Positions 12,608-24,650 of a DNA stretch of 64,000 nt are shown here, one piece after another. This DNA comes from Octopus sinensis (lineage: Eukaryota), in NCBI RefSeq assembly GCF_006345805.1, contig NC_043006.1:66402001-66466000 (forward strand). Direction: 5' to 3'. Each line of letters opens with the position of its first letter. Position 1 is the stretch's first letter. A program made the position numbers and the translations under genes. The notes beneath the pieces were generated by a model that had not been told where the DNA came from, did no database searches, and saw only the letters and a program-made list of their open reading frames with translations.

Positions 12608-12960
12608 TGGCAGTCCGTCGGTTACGGCGACAAGTGTTCCAGCTGATGCGATCAACGGAACAACCTACAAGTGAAATAAACGTGCATGTGGCTGAGCACT
12701 CCATAGATATGTGAACCCCTCGGCGAGATTCAGCGTGACGCAGAGGTATGACAAGGCTGGCCCTTTGAAATACAGGTACAACATAGATTAGAGTGAGAGA
12801 AAGTTGTGGTGAGAGAGTACAGCAGGGTTCACCACTACTCCCAGATGGAGCCTCTAGGAACTTTAAGTGTTTTCGCTCAATAACCACTCACAACGCCCGA
12901 TCTGGGAATCGAAACTGCGACCTATCATCGCGAGTCCACTGCACTAACCACTGCGCCTCT
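12608..12960 (-). mobile_element. SINE family C, near full length
   Basis: Head agaggcgcagtggttagtg.. through tail cgtaaccgacggactgcc. Confidence 0.8.
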
Positions 12961-13024
12961 AACACACACACACACACACACACAGACACACACACACACA
13001 CACACACCACACACACACACACAC

Positions 13025-13056
<32 letters not shown>

Positions 13057-13122
13057 AACATATATACATACATACACATATATATATATATATATATATA
13101 ATATATATATAATATATATATA

Positions 13123-13166
<44 letters not shown>

Positions 13167-13781
13167 GTGTGTGTGTATGTATATCAATGTTTCTGATTAT
13201 TACGTTTGTAGAAAGAAAGACATATATATAGAGAGAGAAAGAAGGAGAAAGAAAGAAATAGAGAGAGAAGGAGAGACAATATTGAATAGAAAGGAAAAGA
13301 GCAGCAGATGTGTGTGTGTGTGTCTACGCGTGTGTGTGTGTGCGAGCGTGTATGTGTGTGTGTTGGCTGTGTGTTTGCGTGTGTGTGCGTGTGTGTGTGT
13401 GTGGCTATGTGTTGGATGTGTGTCTGCGTGTGTGTGTTTGTGTGTGGCGTGAAGAAAACCGAAGTAAAAATGAAACACTATAAAAGAGAACCAAGCAAAA
13501 TGGCTGCCATGGCAAATTTGACAAAAAGTTTGCATTTAGATATTCAAAACTGTGCCAAGTCTTTAACGGGAAACTAATTGTTGACTTCGGCGAGCAAATT
13601 GAATTTTGTTCAGTTTATTTAAAAGTCTGTGCAGGTATGTGTCTATGTACGCACAGACACAGACAGACAGACAGACAAACACACACATAAGCACCCCCGC
13701 ACATACACACAATCGCGCGCGTGTGCATGCATAAACACATAAAAACACATAGGTATATGTTCAGAAATTATACATACTTTC

Positions 13782-13877
<96 letters not shown>

Positions 13878-14513
13878 CATATAAATACATATATATATAT
13901 GTATATATATATATTTATTTATATACATAGATATAAATGTATATTTGTGTATGTAGGGTTTAGTAAACAAATATGTATGTATGTATGTATGTATATATAT
14001 ATATATACTATGGTTTTGTATATTTTTATATACACACATAAACACACACATATGCGTATACATGGAATACATACGTATCTACACACACAGATACATACAT
14101 ACATACATACATACATACATCATACATACATACATACATACATACACACAGCAATGTTAATATATAGGTTTATATATTCGCTTACGTACAGGTCAGCACG
14201 CAATAAACACATGTATACATATGCACATACCAGCATACACACGTTGACTAGACACCGACATAAAAAGAAAAAGAATTTAGTTAGAATCTCATAAATTTAA
14301 ATTGTTGAACGATAATATAATTTTTGTTTTAATTCGGGAGTAAAAAGAGAAAAAAACATTTCTTTATTTTTCGTGTGTTTGATGAGTGATCAATAATGTA
14401 CTGTGTGGTGAATGATTATCCTTCGTACCACGTGAAGAAATGAAATAGCTGAGTGGTTAAATGGTGAGCTTACTCTTAATTAATAAATTCATTTATTATT
14501 ATTGCGCATGCGT

Positions 14514-14700
14514 TAAGGCAGCGAGCTGGGCGAAATGCTTAGCGATATTTCGTCTGTCTGTAACTTTCTGAGTTCAAATTTCGCTGAGGTTGACTTTGTC
14601 GTTCAGTTCTTTCGTGGTTGATAAATTAAGTACCAGTGAAACACTGAGGACGATGTAATCGACTAGTCCACTCACCCAAAATTTCAGGCCTTGTGCCTGA
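14514..14700 (+). mobile_element. SINE family A, tail type 2
   Basis: aaggcagcgagctgg..ctgagttcaaattt..aaatttcaggccttgtgcct. Confidence 0.8.
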
Positions 14701-14709
14701 TTATTATTA

Positions 14710-14836
<127 letters not shown>

Positions 14837-14839
14837 CAT

Positions 14840-15020
14840 TATAAGGCGGAGGTGTTGTTTCCAGTCGTGTTTGTTTGTTGGTTTGTCCGTGGACAAGATA
14901 TCTCAGGAACCGTTGGATGGGTGCAGATGAAACGTTTAGGGATGTTTGACCTCGTGACTGACACGAACTGATTAAATTTTGGAATCAATCCGGAATCGGA
15001 CAAGGATTCTGGATTATTTG
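14840..15020 (+). mobile_element. Unclassified non-autonomous element, 5' half
   Basis: Starts ggcggaggtgttgtttccagtcgtgtttg. Its end (cggacaaggattctggattattt) overlaps the start of 16082-16290. Confidence 0.5.
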
Positions 15021-15249
15021 CTATATTTACTTTAATTTACATGATTACAATCTTACGTTAACTTACAAGTCTTTCTCAATTATCTCCCTTTAGGCTGTTT
15101 CCAAAGTTTTATTTTCGTTTCTCTATTATTAATTTTACTCACGTCTCTATCTTAGTAGAAACTGATGTATAAAGAAATCAAACTATATAAACAAACGGTA
15201 GCTAAACCGTTCAGAAATCAAATAACACTAACTTATTTTTTATAATATA

Positions 15250-15764
15250 CTAGCAGTATCGCCCGGCGTTGCTCGGGTTTGTAAGGGGAATAACTATATA
15301 AGCATTTTTAGAGAGTTACTTCCCTTATAGATGCCAATTCGGGCTTTCTTAGCCATTTCTGTTTTGGTGTCTTCAAGCCATGAAGTCGTTGTTCTAAAAG
15401 AACGCTGGTCTCCTTGACAACGCTTTACGACGTTGATTTCCTTACACTCCCTTCCCCACAGCTTCACGAGTGAGGGAAGAAGGGGGAGAAGCAAACAGGT
15501 GCAGGTGTGACCTTGGACGCCAACTCCGCCGCCATCGACACACGAAAAATTATGCATTAAAATGGAATAAAAAATGATGTTAAATTATTTTTAAAATCGT
15601 AGACTCATCGTAGACGCGCGCTAATACTCAGACGGGCTCGATATGAATCACGACTATAAGATACCCGAATTTGGTTAAACTGCACCGCAAAATGTGGGAG
15701 TAGTTAGGAATCTAAATGGAAGGGGACAGACACTCACATAACTACAGTTTTATATATATATAGA
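15250..15764 (-). mobile_element. Non-autonomous Helitron
   Basis: Minus strand A|TCtatatatataaaactg ... cccgagcaacgccggg hairpin, then gatactgCTAG|T: canonical termini and AT target. Confidence 0.85.
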
Positions 15765-16081
15765 TATATCATATATTATACATACATATTAACACTTTAC
15801 AGTATACTTACATATTAACACTTTACAGTATACTTACATATATATATATACATACATCTATACATCGATCTAAAACAACAGGAATACTAAAGGAAGGCCG
15901 GAATTTAAGAGAAGCGAAAGCTAAAAGGTCTCATGCTACTCATTTAAAAATTCCTGAGTAGAATATACTATTTGAAACTATTTTGAATGATGAATTTGTT
16001 AACTTTGGCTTGTATTAGATAAGGATAAACTATTTATTACAGTTACTAAATTTTCTACAGCTACCTTCACATTCCATATGC

Positions 16082-16290
16082 CATTGGGATCGATCAGGTG
16101 CCGGACAAGGACTCTGGATTATTTTTTCCGTTTTTTAAACTTAATTTTTGAGAGCGGTCGGGTTTATTTTTAATATTCTCGTTTTTGAGAGCAGTCAAGT
16201 TTATTTCAGATATTCTCATTTTAAAAATCACCTCCGGTTAATCGTTGAGAGGACGTTGGTGTTGCCTTGCGGAGGTTCGCGCTCCCTGAG
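16082..16290 (+). mobile_element. Unclassified non-autonomous element, 3' half
   Basis: cggacaaggactctggattattt ... gcggaggttcgcgctccctgagtgct followed by (TTA)n. Confidence 0.5.
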
Positions 16291-16307
16291 TGCTCTTGTT
16301 ATTATTA

Positions 16308-16380
<73 letters not shown>

Positions 16381-16524
16381 GTTATTATTGTTATTGTTAT
16401 TATTATTATATTATTATATTATTTTATATTATTATCATCTCATCATCATCATCATTATATTATTATTATTATTTTATTATTATTATTATTATATTATTAT
16501 TATTATATTATTATTATTATTATC

Positions 16525-16735
16525 ATGCGGCGCGAGCTGGCAGAATCGTTAGCACGTCGGTCGAAATGCTTAGCGGTATTTCACCTGTTGCTACGTTCTG
16601 AGTTCAAATTCTACAGAGGTCGACATTGTCTTACATCATTTCGGGGACGATTAATTAAGTACCAGTTGTGTACTGGCTCGATCTAATCGCTTGGCCCCAC
16701 CCCAACAATTTCAGTCCTTGAGCCTACAGTACAAA
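16525..16735 (+). mobile_element. SINE family A, tail type 2
   Basis: gcggcgcgagctggcagaa..ctgagttcaaattc..gagcctacagtacaaa. Confidence 0.8.
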
Positions 16736-16769
16736 TTATATTAGTTAGTTGTTGGAGAAGAGCCAACAG

Positions 16770-17845
16770 GCAGATGACATCACTTTGACACGTTCAGACA
16801 CAGGTCCCATTCATTAAACCATCTCCAAATGTGGTGGAGGCATCGACGAAGATCCTCTATATCACCGCGAGGAGCGACCAGTTTGACATCATCGGCAAAT
16901 AGAAGGGTGTGTTGCGTGAGGTCGTCGGGCAAGTCATTTATGAAGACTAAGAACAATAAGGGCCCAAGCACTGAACTTTGAGGCACGCCACTGCTCGCAC
17001 TGGAGACGTCGGACAGCGAACCATTAACTTGGACTTGGAAGGAGCGATCTGAGAGGAAGGCACCAACCCATCGTACAATATCCGGATGGAAACTATATGC
17101 TTGAAGCTTGACAAGTAATAGGCGGTGGTTTACCGAGTCAAAAGCCTTGGCAAAGTCCAATAAAATGATGTCAACAGCATCACCATCATCGAGGATGCGC
17201 GTCACCAATTCTTCCATTACCAGTAAGTTGGTCAAGCATGATTTCTTCGGCACAAAGCCGTGTTGGGAATCAGAGATAGAGGCTGTGTTTTGGAGGTGGA
17301 GCATCATACTTTTCTTAAGGATGGTTTCGAACATCTTGCTGATTATTGAAGTAAGGGAAACCGGTCGGTAGTTAAGCGGGGCTTCGCAGCTCCCTTTCTT
17401 GAAAATTGGGCAGATTATCGCTGTTCTCCAGTCCGCAGGTATAACACCCGTAGTCAATGCCATATTGAATAGACGCGTTAAAGGATCGCAGATGATCGGA
17501 GCCAACGCTTTGATAACCCGTGGGTGTATGCCGTCAGGGCCGTGACCCTTGTTGACATCGAGGCCTTGAATAACGCGTTCGACTTCGTCCCGCGTGATGA
17601 CCAATCTAAGCATTGGAGGTACCGATCTATCAAATGGAGGGGGTTCCCGACCATCATCTTGTTTGAAAATAGTTGAGAAAGCCTCGGCAAATAACTGACT
17701 CTGTTGATAAGGGTTTTCAATCGATACGCCTGTTGAGTCTACCAACGTTGCAATTTGGTTGTTCAAGCGGGAATTCTGTTGGACATGGGCAAAGAAGCTT
17801 TTGGATTGCGACTGGCGTTTGCCGCGATTCTGTATTCATTCGTAA
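16770..17845 (-). mobile_element. CR1-type LINE internal RT fragment, truncated at both ends
   Basis: 328-aa ORF 16780-17766 with KGHGPDGIHP, NYRPVSLTS, SQHGF, LDFAKAFD, GVPQSSVLGP, FADDVKL. Frameshifted NPKSFFAHV upstream. Confidence 0.9.
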
Positions 17846-18090
17846 CTTTCCAGGAAGACCGGGGAACATTCCAGGAAATCCTCAAAAGTTTCCAGAAACT
17901 TCCCGACCAATTTTCCAGGAAGCTAGGAAATCCTCGGAACTTTATAGAAATTCCCCTACCAATTTTCCAGGAAGATAGAAAATCTTCGGATCTTACCAGG
18001 AAGTCCTCGGAATTTCCAAGAAATGCTCGAAACTCTCTTGAAATTTTCCTGGCAATTTTCCAGGAAGTTAGGAAATCCTCGAAACTTGGT
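17846..18090. repeat. Degenerate minisatellite built from TTCCAGGAA units (~52-bp period in part)
   Basis: TTCCAGGAA at 17848, 17869, 17913, 17965 and 18058; TTCCAAGAA at 18014. Confidence 0.8.
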
Positions 18091-18099
18091 ACGTAATAA

Positions 18100-18222
18100 T
18101 AACATCGAAAAATACCTTAGGAATGAGAACCCAGTTTCAAAATTTCCCCAAGACACCTGACGAAGGCTGGAGGGTATGCCAGCCGAAACAACATGAGGAT
18201 CCGTCAGATGTAAATAATGTCT
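18100..18222 (+). mobile_element. Short repeat with a hammerhead-like core (family H1), stem III deleted
   Basis: acac-CTGACGA-A-ggctgg/ccagcc-GAAA at 18152-18190; homologous to 57290-57440 (-). Confidence 0.6.
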
Positions 18223-18526
18223 AGGCACAATGCACGAAATTTTGGAGGAGGGGGCCAGTCGACTAGATCGATCCCAGTACGCAGCTGCTACTTAATATAT
18301 TGACCCGAAAGGATGAAAGGCAAAAACTCGCTGGCTTTGAAAAAGTGGATATTGTTTTCTACTCTAGGCACAAGCCCTGAATTTTTTTGGAGAGGAGGCC
18401 AGTCGATTAGATAGACCCCAGTAGGCAACTGGTACGTAATTTAACGACCTCGAAAGTATTAAAGGCAAAGTCGACCTCGGCGAAATACCGCTAAGCATTT
18501 CGCCCGGCGTTTCTGCCAGCTCGCCA
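18220..18526 (-). mobile_element. Two internally deleted SINE A copies, tail type 2
   Basis: ctaggcacaa..gccagtcgattaga..aaggcaaag at 18220-18325 and 18352-18526. Confidence 0.75.
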
Positions 18527-19370
18527 ACTTATGTGGTTAGAAATATTTCTTTCCAAAGTAACTGTCAACTAAACCAGAAGGTCATATTTCAAAATCAGAC
18601 TATATCATAAGGTCTGCGTATAACTGGCTTAAGGCAATATGGTTTAAAACATGGATTATCAACTCCAAATTCTACATGTATTAGCACCATTCAGAAGTTT
18701 GGGACTTTCTTTCATTGCCTACTCACCGTTGGAAGATAACTGAGTATAAACTTGCGATTATTCTCACTGCATTGTTGATACAGCATTGAAGTTTTAGTGC
18801 ATCAACAAGTTTATTTAAGACTCGGTTATGCCGTCAGTTACACTCACAATGGATAGATTTTAGTCTGTCAGTCTTCTCAAATGATGACTAGCTTGCACTA
18901 TAAACAGTATCATTCCACCTTCATCGTAAAATATTAGCTGGGAATGGAAGCAAACAGGTATATTTTACCCAACGTAATGGACGTCAGATACTGTTCCCCA
19001 CTATCGATTTTGTTGACAATTATAAAACAGAGAAACCATCGTATTTTGCACTCAAATTAAACACAACAACTGCCGTACGAGCAATTCCATCTCTGCTATT
19101 ATGTCATTATGCTCACACATAATTCCTGGTTCACTAAGGTTATTTTGCCTAACATACAGAAGTAGTATCACACATCGATTCCATTTCCACATTGAGAATT
19201 AATTCCAAGAATATGAATAAATTAAAATTTAATTATTCTGTTTCCTACGAGACATAAAGCTGTTGGATCACGACTGACCTGGGGATACACAACAACGGAA
19301 GTACATACATACACGTGTGCATATAAATATATATGTTAACATACATATATATAATATATATATACACATG

Positions 19371-19470
19371 NNNNNNNNNNNNNNNNNNNNNNNNNNNNNN
19401 NNNNNNNNNNNNNNNNNNNNNNNNNNNNNNNNNNNNNNNNNNNNNNNNNNNNNNNNNNNNNNNNNNNNNN
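19371..19470. other. Assembly gap
   Basis: 100 N. Confidence 1.
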
Positions 19471-19564
19471 GACCGCTCTCTTTCTCTTTGAGCAGCTGCT
19501 ATTTTAAAGGCAGCACCCTCACTGTTGATCACATTAAGCATCACTGATTTACTCTATCAGCTCC

Positions 19565-19905
19565 GAGTTAGTTCACGTTTGTGAAAGAACACTATAACTG
19601 GCAGTGGTCACTAATGAGTGCGAAGACATACGCTCAGGAATCCGGTCTTTTTGAAGCTTACCTTATCTCATTCTTTTGGTCGTTGATTAAGCGGCGTGTT
19701 GTCTCCTTGAGCAAGACACTTTAGTTTACGCTGCTCCATTTCATTCGACTGGCAAAAATGTGTTGTACTTGTATTTTGAAAGGGACAAACTTGTTCCACT
19801 GTGCCGCATGGAATCTTCTTGATAACTATGTTAAGAGTATGCGTGTCTGTAAATCAGGCTGTTCGGTTGATCGTATCAACTGAAACACTGGTCGTCGTAA
19901 GCTGG
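19565..19905 (+). mobile_element. Diverged SINE family C variant
   Basis: ccttgagcaagacacttta..ctccatttcattcgactggc..gtcgtcgtaa, similar to 38557-38880. Confidence 0.6.
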
Positions 19906-20460
19906 GCCATATAAATATATATATAAAACATTGCTATTATGCATAAGTGTTGTAAGTCCAGAACGTTGCTTTTTCAGGAAACGAAAAAATAGTTTCACAA
20001 TTCCATTCCTTTTTACATCAGCAACTGTTTCTGCCTAATAATTATACCCTGTTGGGTGCATAAAATCGTAACTCTACGCATGTATGACATTTTCAGTCGG
20101 AAATATTTTTGCAAAACTGTCGTCTGTGGGACTTACTACACTTTTGAAAATGCTAAACCATTGTACTAAACTTTGGCAACTTTTATCTGAAGCAGCTGGA
20201 GATACGATAGTTTGACTAAAAGAACCGGCTATTGCAAGCAAAATTAAATATTGAAAACGAAAAAAAAAAAAAAGAAAAAACACGCATTTGGCCAAATTTG
20301 GACATACAACAGTTTGACATAATAGCAACGATATAGAGAGCTAGAGAGATATATGTGTGCGTGAGAGTCTCTCTCTCTCTCTTCTCTATATATATAATAT
20401 ATATATATAATATATATATAATATACAAAGATATATGTATATATACAACACACACCATAT

Positions 20461-20514
<54 letters not shown>

Positions 20515-20577
20515 TATATGTATATATGTATACATATGTATATATGTATATATGATGATAATAATCTAGAGATAGAT

Positions 20578-20628
<51 letters not shown>

Positions 20629-21246
20629 GTGACTTTGTGTGTGTAGAATATCTTGACTATTGTTTAGACGTTGACATGTAGGAAATTAGAGAAGCCTAAA
20701 CCGAATAAGATGTGGATTATCTCGAATCTAGTCTGCTGTCTGCTGTCCGTACAGACATTGGCATTTATTCAAAAATTCTTTATTTGTGTATGGAATTCCT
20801 CTCAGATACATTGAGACTCATGCGCACGCATACAGACACGTACATACGCGCACGCAGGCGCACACGCATACACACATCTGCTTCTATATGTATTTGTTAG
20901 TTTGGTTTTGGTTTTTAATTTTGATTTAAACCACGTAGCCACGGATTTACATCTATGGCTACGTGAATCACATGCTGTCTAACCGAGTAAGTATTCTTTT
21001 ATGTTTTCAATATGTATATATGCATACACATAGATACACACACACACACACATATATATACACATATACGTACACACAGATACACACACGTGTCTATGTG
21101 CTTGCGTGTGTGTGGTTTTCCATCCGTATGTATGTATACATATATCCATCCATCCACACTTTCATACACACACGCACACTCGCTCACTTATATACATGTA
21201 TATACGTATCTGTGTATGTATATATATATATATCTCCTTTTAATCT

Positions 21247-21726
21247 TTACTTTTTTACTTCTTTCATTCATTTGATTGCGGCCTTGCAGGAGCACTGCCT
21301 TAACGGTTTTTTAGGCGAGGACATCGACCCCAAGACTTATTCTTTGTAAGCCTAGTACTTATTCCATCGGCCACCTTTGCCAAACAGCTAAGTTATGGGG
21401 ACGCAAACACACCAACATCGGTTGTCAAGCGCTGGTTGGGGAGAAACACAGGCACAAAGACACACACATAAATATATACATACATACATACATACATACA
21501 TACACATATACATACATACATATATACACACACACATATATATATATATATATACATATATACGACAGGCTTCTTTCAGTTTTCGTCTACCAAATCCACT
21601 CACAAGGCTTACGTTGGTCCAAGACTACAGTAGAAGACACTTACACAAGGTTCCACGCTGTGGGATTGAACCCAGAGCCATGTGGTTTGGAAGTAACCGC
21701 CTTATCATGCAGCCACGCCCACGCCT
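21247..21726 (-). mobile_element. SINE family B, full length with internal microsatellite
   Basis: Head ggcgtggctgc..ggttcaatcccacag, internal (TA/TATG)n, tail gctcctgcaaggccgcaatc. Confidence 0.85.
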
Positions 21727-21839
21727 ATTAATACGTACGTTTTCATAAATGTGTGTTCTCTTCTAAGTTCTAATTATTTGAAGTGCTTCCGTAAGAAAAA
21801 GCTGGTTCCTAACAAAGATATAAAGCTCCATCGTTGCCA

Positions 21840-22145
21840 GTCTTTGGATCTGAGAAAAGTCTCGCGTATTTTTACTGTTCCACTAACAGACTGTTTTGTC
21901 ACGTGCTTGTTAGGTGGTTAATTTCCTCTGAAAAACCTAGCGTTATCAGACTGTCACTTAAGCATTTATTCGCAAAACAAAGTTCATTAATTATTATTGG
22001 AATAAATTCGAATTTATAATCTGAGTGTATAAGTAGTGGTCCGTAGTTATTCGCTTCCTCTTTGATTGTCGAGAGAGATATTCACATCTGCAGGTCAGCT
22101 AACCCCTATGATGGTATCAACATTTTCTTGTGTGTCCCAAACACC
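21840..22145 (-). mobile_element. RLE-type non-LTR retrotransposon 3' fragment (family 2)
   Basis: Decayed VWDTQE..PADVNISL..DYKFEFIPIII..SVSGTVKIRETF. Confidence 0.6.
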
Positions 22146-22336
22146 AATATGTATACAAACAAACATACATACATGCATATATGTTCAAGAATTTTCTGAA
22201 GTTTAAAGGGTGACATTGTTTTCGTTATCTACATTCCAACTGTGAAGCATTTTAACTTTGTCAGGCACCAGCTTCTTCCTCAGAGAAAGTATGTATACGT
22301 AAACGTATACACACACACACACGCACACACACACAC

Positions 22337-22381
<45 letters not shown>

Positions 22382-22849
22382 ATCCATCTATCCATCCATC
22401 CATTCGTACAGACATAGGTACGTAGAATTTCTGGAGTTCGTCTCCTATTAAGACAAGGGTTTATGGTGTTTCGGACACATTCGTCTTCTCTGTGTAACGA
22501 GCAAATATTTTATTCCACTCGTATCAATAAGAAAGTCAACACATTGAAGAATGACAAGAAAAGATTGATGGTTAGCTATTGGGCATGCGTGGGTGGGAAG
22601 TGCTGAGAGTGAGAAAAAGATATGTGCAGTTAAGAAGTTCCCTTTTGCAACCAAGCGGTTTTGCGTTCAGTTCCCCTGCGTGGCACCATGGACAATTCAC
22701 TTCTGCTATATCCCGATGCCTGTCAATGCCTTGTTAAAGAATTTCGTAACTCATGCATTCCAGACCTGTGCAAAGAGTATTCTACTGCAAATTAAAACTA
22801 CAGGAAGGATCTTTGACCTAAGAAAGGTCAGTTTCAATACTAGGTGAGA

Positions 22850-23105
22850 CAACATGTGTGGTGTGCAAAAAGATCTGCAAATCAATACCTAGTCTTAAAA
22901 GGCATATGAGGGTACATAAGGATGACCCAATAAATCCATTAGAGGGCATATCTTTTGTCTGTCATGTTTGCTGCAGACCGTGCAGCAAGTCTAATGCTGG
23001 ACTTAAAAGCCACCTAAGGGGGTCAGAGACAAATGTCTGGAGCTGATGATGGCTGATGGGAGGTACATGGGGAGACGGCAATCATCTGCAAAGATGAAGC
23101 AATCA
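22850..23105 (+). mobile_element. RTE-type LINE 3' end with two C2H2-like fingers
   Basis: CVVCKKICKSIPSLKRHMRVH and FVCHVCCRPCSKSNAGLKSHL, similar to the C-terminus at 44331-44750. Confidence 0.65.
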
Positions 23106-23477
23106 CCATGTACGTATGATAAAAATTATAAAGTGTACTAACCGTCATAACCTGAATTGGCGACGATATTTCACGGCCCACGGGAAACTTTGAGATGACA
23201 TAAAATCCTCGAATTTACAATTTTTGTTTCCCTTCACTGCTTTTAGTTCAGGTCCTCTAAGCAAAATCCCTACATCTTTAAACGAGTCCCTTATTCTTAC
23301 CAGACGCATCGTTTCTCTGTTCAGCTCTCTGTTAGTCAAAAGCACTTATTAAATACTTAATAAGTACTTTTTAAGTACAGTTCAAATAGTTTCTTTTCTG
23401 AAATTGCTACCCTCTGCAACTCACCTCCCCCGTCTGGCTTTCTTCGGGTCTGTTATGTTGAACCCTTTAAGTTTTCT

Positions 23478-23888
23478 TATTTCTTTACTGCCCACAGGGG
23501 GCTAAACGTAGAGGAGAAAACAAGGACAGACAAAGAGATTAAGTCGATTACATCGACCCCAGTACGCAACTGGTACTTAATTTATCGACCCCGAAATGAT
23601 GAAAGGCAAAGTCGGCCTCGGCGGAATTTGAACTTAGAACATAATGGCAGACGAAATACCTGTTTCTTTACTGCCCACAAGGGGCTAAACACAAAGGGGA
23701 CAAACAAGGACAGACAAACGGATTAAGTCGATTATATCGACCCCCGTGCGTAACTGGTACTTATTTAATCGACCCCGAAAGGATGAAAGGCAAAGTCGAG
23801 CTCGGCGGAATTTGAACTCAGAACGTAACGGCAAACGAAATACCGCTAAGCATTTCGCCCGGCGTGCTAACGTTTCTGCCAGCACGCC
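23478..23888 (-). mobile_element. SINE family A dimer, both units tail type 1
   Basis: Junction aaagaaaca|ggtatttcgtctg at 23660/23661, the same position as in the trimer. Confidence 0.85.
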
Positions 23889-23898
23889 TTTTCTTTTT

Positions 23899-23962
23899 AG
23901 TGGCCATGCTAATCTTCTCTGTACCGTTCCAATTTTAGAATATGTACCGCCGTAGCTAGTAC
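23899..23962 (-). pseudogene. U6: U6 snRNA 5' fragment (nt 1-64), 3'-truncated retrocopy
   Basis: GTACTAGCTACGGCGGTACATATTCTAAAATTGGAACGGTACAGAGAAGATTAGCATGGCCACT: 56/64 identical to human U6 as recalled, ACAGAGA box intact, 3' half absent. Confidence 0.92.
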
Positions 23963-24013
<51 letters not shown>

Positions 24014-24274
24014 GATAGATGTCATTTGACATTCATTGGATTTGTTGTCCTGCTTCTTTTCTTTCTTTGTAGCCCCTTACAATAACAGTAACATCAAGCT
24101 ATCTTTAGGAGAAAATCGTTGAAGATTGAAAAGAACAAAAGCAAAATTCTATCACACATAATACCACGTAACCATGAAAAACGTCCATCTAAAACGCTGT
24201 AGCATACTGCCTCTTCCCTCCTCCTACCCCTCCCCTTTCTCTCTCTCTCGCTCTCTTTATACCTGCCATTCCCC

Positions 24275-24333
<59 letters not shown>

Positions 24334-24391
24334 CCATCTATCGTTGCCTCTGACGGACTTCGAAACTTTTCAAAAATAAGCTTACTCTTCT

Positions 24392-24650
24392 AGAATTGCC
24401 GCTCTCTGCAACTCGCTACTCTCGCCTGGCTTTCTTCAGCTCTTTAAGCTTTCTATCATTTGACATTCTTTGGATTTGTTGCCGCCACATCTTTTCCGTC
24501 TTTGTACTTCCTTACGCTACAGTAACTTCAAGCCGTGCTTATGAGAAAATCATTAAAAATTGAAAAAAAAAAACAAAAGCAAAGATCTATCACATAATCA
24601 CATAATACTACGTAGCTGTGAAAACTTCCATCTGAAACACTCGCTGTAGC
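24392..24650 (+). repeat. Uninterrupted copy of an old ~260-bp direct duplication
   Basis: Aligns with 23402-23480 plus 24022-24205, which is split by the (AT)n-U6-SINE block. Confidence 0.75.

Noticed and set aside
17755-18096. Overlapping ORFs with repetitive peptides
   Set aside because: Produced by the TTCCAGGAA minisatellite and the antisense strand of CR1.
20074-20328. 84-aa minus-strand ORF with a polypyrimidine tract and an internal GTAAGT
   Set aside because: No recognisable domain, weak donor context, and the tract is a poly-T run.
23899-23962. Functional U6 gene, or a U6 gene used as an insertion target
   Set aside because: The 3' ~43 nt of U6 are absent both next to the fragment and beyond the SINE tail at 23478, and upstream is only (AT)n.
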